From Paramoeba atlantica (lineage: Eukaryota > Protista > Discosea), in the NCBI GenBank assembly GCA_977017575.1, contig CDRNVI010000121.1:1-13222 (forward strand): a stretch of 13,222 bases of DNA, read 5' to 3'. Positions 7,240 to 13,222 of this stretch are shown one piece after another. Below the pieces are notes generated by a model. The model did not search any database. It was not told the origin of the DNA and saw only the letters and a list, made by a program, of their open reading frames with translations. The position numbers and the translations under genes were made by a program. Within the stretch, counting starts at the first letter, position 1; each line of letters starts with the position of its first letter.

Positions 7240-7830
7240 ATGTTATTAAAAAAAAATAGTAATAATTATGCTGTAAATTATATATTAAATTTACTAATTA
7301 AATATATTTCGCATATAAAAATAACAGATGAATTTATTAAAATTAAATTAGTATCAAAAGATTATTTAGGTTTTGTTTTAAATATTTTTAATAAGCATAC
7401 TTTTTTAAGATATAAGGTAATAACTGATATTTGCTGTAGTGATTTTATTGATAGAGCTAAACGTTTTGAAATTGATTATAATTTATTAAGTATAGATTAT
7501 AATTCTAGATTAATTATTTCTGTATCTTGTGATAAATTAGATGTTATAAGATCTATTACTGATATTTATTTAGGTGCCGATTGGTTAGAACGTGAAGTTT
7601 GAGATATGTATGGTATTTTTTTCATGGGTCATAAAGATTTAAGACGTATATTAACCGATTATGGTTTTGAAGGTTATCCGTTTCGTAAAGATTTTCCTTT
7701 AAATGGTTATTTAGAAATAAGGTATGATGAAGATAAACAATATTTGATTTATGAGCCTATTGAATTAATGCAAAATATGAGATCATATAGTTTTACTAAT
7801 CCTTTATTAAATAAAAAATATATACTTTAA
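7240..7830 (+). CDS. nad9: NADH dehydrogenase subunit 9 (196 aa, code 4)
   Basis: Track ORFs 7240-7602 and 7606-7830 join in frame through TGA=Trp: [40 protein letters not shown]. Confidence 0.98.
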
Positions 7831-7834
7831 AAAC

Positions 7835-9019
7835 GTGAATAAAATATTTAAAAAAATAAAAACTTTTACAATTAATTTTGGACCACAGCATCCAGCAGCT
7901 CATGGAGTTTTAAGATTAATATTAGAATTAAATGGTGAAATTATAGAAAGAGCTGATCCTCATATAGGATTATTACATAGAGGTACTGAAAAATTAATAG
8001 AATATAAGACTTTTATACAAGCTTTACCTTATTTTGATAGATTAGATTATGTATCTATGATGGCTCAAGAACATTGTTATTCATTAGCTGTAGAAACTTT
8101 AAGTTCTACTAATGTACCTATAAGAGCAAAGATGATACGTATGATTTTTGGTGAAATAACTAAAATATTAAATCATATTTTAGGGTTAACTACACATGCG
8201 TTAGATGTTGGAGCGATGACACCTTTTTTATGACTTTTTGAAGAACGTGAAAAATTAATGGAATTTTACGAAAGGGTATCAGGTGCTAGAATGCATGCAG
8301 CATATATAAGACCAGGAGGTATTAGTCAAGATATACCTATGTCTTTTTGTGATGATTTATATAAATTTACACAAAATTTTATTAACTCTTTAATGGAAAT
8401 GGAAGAATTATTAAATAGAAATAGAATATGAAAGCAACGTTTAGTTGATGTAGGTATATTAGATTATAATCAAGCACAAACTTGAGGTTGTAGTGGAGTT
8501 ATTTTAAGAGGATCTGGTATTCCTTGAGATATTAGAAAAAGTGAACCTTATGAATTATATAATGAAGTTGATTTTAAATCTTATATAGGAAATAAAGGTG
8601 ATTGTTTTGATAGATTTTTAATTAGATTAAAAGAAATGCATGAGAGTTTAAAAATAATTTTACAACTTTTAAATAATTTAAAAGAAGGTCCTATTTCAAA
8701 TTACAATAATAAATTAACTATACCTTCAAGATCATTAATGAAGTTTTCTATGGAATCTTTAATACATCATTTTAAATTATTTACAGAAGGTGTTAATATA
8801 CCTTTTAATGATGTTTATAGATCTATAGAAGCTCCTAAAGGGGAATTTGGTGTTTTTTTAGTTTCGGGAGGATTAAATAGACCGGTAAGATGTAAGATAA
8901 AAGCACCAGGGTTTAATCATTTACAATTATTAGATACATTATCAAAAGGACATATGATAGCCGACGTTGTTACTATTATAGGTACTTTAGATATAGTTTT
9001 TGGGGAGGTTGATCGTTAA
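7835..9019 (+). CDS. nad7: NADH dehydrogenase subunit 7 (394 aa, GTG start, code 4)
   Basis: [83 protein letters not shown]; four in-frame TGA, at least three at conserved Trp sites. Confidence 0.98.
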
Positions 9020-9052
9020 TCAAATATTAATATAATATTAAATATTATATAT

Positions 9053-9508
9053 ATGCAAAAAAAATTAAATCGATTTTTTAATTTAAGAATTAATTCTAGA
9101 GGTGCCGCTTTTGAAAATTTAAATATAGGACCTAATTTAAGTCCTTATATGAATAGAGAGAAAATCAAAGAATTTTGTAATGAATTTAATAAACAAACTT
9201 TTATATATAGATCGGAAGATTTATTAATATATGTTAGATTATTTTTATATACTGATAAATCATTTGTTTTTTTAATAAAAGGACCTTCTTTTAGTACTTT
9301 ATTAAAATTGGTTTGAAATATTATGAGTTTAACTAATAAAAATATTATGGAAAATTCAATTACATTAAGAAGTCTATATGATATTGTTATATTGCGTAAT
9401 TATTATTGATTTAAATTATATAATAATTTAAATCAAAATTGAATAAAATTGCGATTTAAAAATAGTTTTTTTTCTATATCAAATTTACAAATTAATAAAA
9501 TTATATAA
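9053..9508 (+). CDS. rpl11: Mitochondrial ribosomal protein L11 (151 aa, code 4)
   Basis: IGPNLSP, IKEFCNEFNKQT and KSFVFLIKGPSFSTLLK match L11 motifs; reads through three TGA to TAA 9506-9508. Confidence 0.9.
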
Positions 9509-9514
9509 AAAAAT

Positions 9515-9895
9515 ATGAATAATAATATTATAGCTTTTTTTTATGTAAATCAATATAAATCGTTTAATAATTTTGAACAAATTTATTTAAACATAATGAA
9601 TTTATCTAATATTAATTTATTATATAAAATTTTTGTTAATATTAAATATTTTCTAATTATTAATAAGAAATATTTTAAAGATTATTTTACTAATCTTTTA
9701 AATAATGATGAATTATTATTTTTATGATATAAAAATAAATTATATAGTAAAGGAACTTTAGAACAAATAAATAATAGTTTGTTATTAAATTTAAATAAAA
9801 AGTATTATTTATTTAATGAATTAATGAAATTCAATTATGAAAAAAAAATTATTAATACGTTAATAATATTTAAATATAAATTATGGCTTCGTTAA
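9515..9895 (+). CDS. orf126; candidate divergent ribosomal protein L10 by synteny only
   Basis: ATG 9515 to TAA 9893-9895 reading TGA 9725 as Trp; sits between rpl11 and rps12 and overlaps the rps12 start by 13 nt. No motif recognised by eye. Confidence 0.6.
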
Positions 9896-10293
9896 ATCAA
9901 TTAATAAGAAATAAAGGCAGAGTAAAAAAAAAAAGACGTACAAAAGTTCTTTTGTTAGATTCTTGTCCACAAAAAAGAGGTGTTTGTATTGAAATTAGAA
10001 ATAGTGTTAGTCCAAAGAAACCAAATTCCGCTAAAAGAAAAGTAGCAAAAATAAGGTTATCAACAGGTAAAAAATTAATAGCAGTTATACCAGGTCAAGG
10101 TCATAATTTACAAAAATATTCAGTTGTTATGATTAGAGGAGGACGTGCTAGAGATATTCCAGGTGTACGTTATAAATTGATAAAAGGAAAATATGATTTT
10201 AGTAATTGAGAACGTGAAGAACGAAATAAAAGTCGTTCTAAATATGGTTTGAAAAAAAAAAAGAAGGAAGGAAAGATTTTAAAAGATGAATAA
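9883..10293 (+). CDS. rps12: Mitochondrial ribosomal protein S12 (136 aa, code 4)
   Basis: [50 protein letters not shown], then through TGA to RSKYG; TAA 10291-10293. Confidence 0.97.
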
Positions 10294-10705
10294 TTGAATA
10301 AAATATTTAATACAATTATTAATAAGAAAAGGAAAAAAACAACGAATTATATTAAGTTTAGAGAAAATTTTTATTAATATAAAAAAAATATATGGTTGTT
10401 TAAATACTTTTTTTAAACAAATAGAAACTAATATATTCATTAGAATGTTTTGTTATATTAAAAAAGTAGGAGGTAAAAAATTATTAATACCACATATTTT
10501 AAAATCAAAAGATTCTATACCATATTCTGTTAAATTAATAGTTAGATCTATTAATTCTAGAACTGAGCGAAAATTTCAAGAACGTATTCAAAATGAATTA
10601 ATAGATGTATATAATAATAAAGGTTTATCTATAAAAAAAAAAAATGATATGTATAGATTAATAGAAGCAAATTATACTAATATTAGATTTAAAAGAAAAA
10701 AATAA
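10286..10705 (+). CDS. rps7: Mitochondrial ribosomal protein S7 (139 aa, code 4)
   Basis: ATG 10286 in frame with track ORF 10445; LLIRKGKK, KKVGGKKLLIP, IQNELID, SIKKKNDMYRLIEAN; follows rps12 with an 8-nt overlap. Confidence 0.88.
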
Positions 10706-10708
10706 TAT

Positions 10709-11452
10709 ATGTTAAAAAGGAAAAAACAGTCAAAAACAATAAAATATTTAACATTTGGTTTAAAAAATTATGCAGGAGTTAATAATATGGGTCATAAAAC
10801 AGTTAAATCAAAGGGAACTAGAGTTAAAAAGAAATATAGATTAATTGATTTTTTTAGAACTTACGTTGATATACCTGCAATGGTATTAAGAATTGAGTAT
10901 GATCCTAATAGATCTGCAAATATAGCTTTAATATGTTATAAAAATGGATTTTTATCTTATATTTTAGCAGCCGAAGGTTTGAAAGAAGGTATGGTTTTAA
11001 ATTCAGTAGATAAAATTGTTGGTTCTACATATCCTTTAGTAAATATAAAATTTGGTTCTTTTATATCTTGTATGGAATTAAAAAAAAAAAAAGGAAGTAA
11101 AGTAGCTAGATCTGCAGGTTCTTTTTGTTTATTAATATCACAAATAAATGAAAATTATTATTTAATAAGATTTCCTTCTGGTTTAGAAAAATTAATTTTT
11201 AAATATAATAAAGCTATGATAGGTATTGTATCAAATAGAGGGCATAATTTAATAAAAAAAGGTAAAGCGGGTGTTAATATAAGATTAGGTAAAAAATCAA
11301 CAGTTAGAGGTGTAGCAAAAAATTGTGTAGATCACCCTAATGGTGGTGGTAGAGGTAAAACTTCTCCATGAGTCGATTGTCCAAATTTTACAAGACGTGT
11401 ATTAAAATTTGTACCTACAACTAAGAAAAAAAAAAAAAATGAATTTAAATAA
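10709..11452 (+). CDS. rpl2: Mitochondrial ribosomal protein L2 (247 aa, code 4)
   Basis: RIEYDPNRSANIAL, ARSAGS, VRGVAKNCVDHPNGGGRGKT; continues through TGA 11369 to TAA 11450-11452. Confidence 0.97.
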
Positions 11453-11717
11453 TATTAAAAATATTAAAAATATTATTTATTTTTTAAATTTTTCAAAAAT
11501 AGATAAATTTATTTGATTAAAGTTAAAAGTAAAAGGTTTTAAAATAAAAAATTATATGATTAATAAAAGATTAACTGTATATAATGGTCGTTATTTTATT
11601 CCAATTAAAATTATAGATAGTATGGTTAATTATATGATTAATTATTTTTTTTTTTCAAAAAATATATTAATAAAAGATAAAAAGAAAAAGAAACGTATAA
11701 AGAAAAAGAAAAAATAA
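11439..11717 (+). CDS. rps19: Mitochondrial ribosomal protein S19 (92 aa, code 4)
   Basis: TVYNGRYFIPIKIIDSMVNYMINYFFFSK resembles the S19 VHNGKxFxPVxIxxxMVGHKLGEF motif; between rpl2 and rps3; 14-nt overlap with rpl2. Not in the ORF track. Confidence 0.85.
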
Positions 11718-11719
11718 TT

Positions 11720-12910
11720 ATGGGACATTTAGTTAATCCAATAACATATAGATTATCAAAAAGTAAATATTGAATTTCGTCTTGAAATAATATTACAAAA
11801 AAAAATTATAAATTATTTTTTTTAGAAGATTATAATATTATTAAATTTTATAATTGAATTAAAGTTATAATTAATTGAAACAAGTTAAATTTAGAAATAT
11901 TACCGTTAAATATAATTAAAACATATAAAATGATGATAATAAATTTAAATTTATTAAATGATGATAATAAATTTTTAATTAATGATATTAAGTCAAAAAA
12001 ATATAAATTAAAAAAATATTATAATCAGTCAAAAAAATATATATTTAAATCTTTTTTAAAGTATAAACAGTCAAAAAGAAAAAAAAAATATAATTTTTTA
12101 AAAGAAAAAAAAAAAAAAAAATATATATTAAATTTTTTACGTAAATTTTTTTATAGTAAAAGAAAAAATTTTTATAAAAATAAAAAATATGTTTGATTTA
12201 ATTATTTTTTTTGAGACATGCATAATAATAAATATTATTTATTTTATAATAAGTCTTGTAGAGGGTTTTATAGAAAGAAAATATTTAAAAATATATGAAA
12301 AAAAAAATCAATAAATAATTTTAATAATTTTAAATATTTTTATAAATATAAAAATATTTATATTTATAAAAATAATAAAAGATTAAACAATTTTATTTTT
12401 AAATATAAATGATTTAATTTATTAAGAATTCCAACTAATCGTTGATTAAATAGATTAAAATATATTAAAAATACTAATTATTTAACTTTAGATAAAAAAT
12501 TTATTTTTATATTAAAAAATTTTTTATCGTTTTTTATAAAAAAAATTTTTAAAGTTAATAATCCTATAATTAATTTTATAGATAAAAAAGAAGTAAATTA
12601 TTCTACTTATTCTTTATATAAGCTAATTTTATGAAGATTGCGTGTAGGTTATAAAATAGAGCATTATGCTTATTTATTACATAATAAATTAAAAAATGAA
12701 AGAGGTATTATAGGTTTTAAAATAGGTTATGCAGGGAGATATAAAAAAAAGTTAAGAAATAAAAAGTTTATTAAACAATTTGGTGCTATTTCACCAAGTA
12801 ATATAAATTCTCCTTTAAGTTATAATCAGTTTATTTTAATTATGCGGTATGGTGTTTGTGGTGTAAAAATGAGTTATGTTAGAAAAGTGTATTTATCTTC
12901 TATAATATAA
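11720..12910 (+). CDS. rps3: Mitochondrial ribosomal protein S3 (396 aa, code 4), long low-complexity middle
   Basis: MGHLVNPITYRL...W.S.W N-terminus and IIGFKIGYAGR...YGVCGVKM C-terminal domain; single open frame with TGA=Trp, joining track ORFs 11930 and 12638. Confidence 0.92.
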
Positions 12911-12958
12911 AAAGAAAGAAAAGAGAAAAAAAGTTGATTTATTAAGAAATAAATAGAA

Positions 12959-13222
12959 ATGAAAAAAATTTTTGTCAAAAAACATTTAATATTAAATTAT
13001 TCTAATACTAAAAATTCGATAGAAAAAATATATAATGGTCAATTTGCTATATATTTTTTAGAAGGTGGTATACTATATAATAATGAATTTAAGGCTTTAT
13101 TATTTTTTTTAAAAAAAAGATTAAAATTTTTTACTAAATTATTTATACGTTTTCATCCAAGTTTTAAAAATACATCAAAACCTATAGGTGTTAGAATGGG
13201 TAAAGGTAAGGGTGCATTAAAT
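12959..13222 (+). CDS. rpl16: Mitochondrial ribosomal protein L16, 3'-partial
   Basis: GQFAIYFLEGG and RFHP...TSKPIGVRMGKGKG (L16 signature); follows rps3. Not in the ORF track. Confidence 0.95.
   Translation, partial: MKKIFVKKHLILNYSNTKNSIEKIYNGQFAIYFLEGGILYNNEFKALLFFLKKRLKFFTKLFIRFHPSFKNTSKPIGVRMGKGKGALN

Noticed and set aside
12911-12952. In-frame continuation after the rps3 TAA (KERKEKKSWFIKK) suggesting TAA reassignment
   Set aside because: No internal TAA in well-conserved genes (nad7, nad9, rpl2, rps12); short A-rich frames stay open by chance.
1727-13222. Highly reduced bacterial endosymbiont genome or plastid instead of mitochondrion
   Set aside because: nad9/nad7 beside a stripped ribosomal cluster lacking rpoBC, fusA, tufA and rpl3/4/23/22, no anti-SD, and editing-type tRNAs fit a protist mitochondrion.
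1-13222. CRISPR array, IS element, prophage or defence system
   Set aside because: No spaced direct repeats, terminal inverted repeats, transposase, integrase or defence-gene motifs; nearly all sequence is explained by the listed genes.

Overview
The window is a two-genome composite. Bases 1-~1727 are gammaproteobacterial, roughly 40-45% GC by eye: 3' part of rpmB, rpmG, mutM, and a convergent 3' fragment of ggt. All four genes are broken by single-base indels, mostly in homopolymers, which looks like unpolished read error. At ~1727, inside a perfect 14-bp palindrome, the sequence switches abruptly to a very AT-rich protist mitochondrial genome with all genes on + and TGA=Trp. Order: 5'-truncated rnl, trnN, trnS(UGA), rns, a candidate divergent 5S rRNA, trnS(GCU), trnF, rps11, orf107, nad9, nad7, rpl11, orf126 (rpl10 candidate), rps12, rps7, rpl2, rps19, rps3, rpl16 (partial). 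Gene content (rpl11, nad7/nad9), genetic code and acceptor-stem mismatches typical of 5' tRNA editing point to Amoebozoa (inference). The junction is most likely a read or assembly chimera, possibly between an amoeba and a co-occurring Legionellales-like bacterium; true integration cannot be excluded without reads. I see no defence system, mobile element or CRISPR array. The best biological leads are the unannotated 5S-like RNA, tRNA editing, two orphan ORFs and the compensated changes in conserved SSU rRNA helices.
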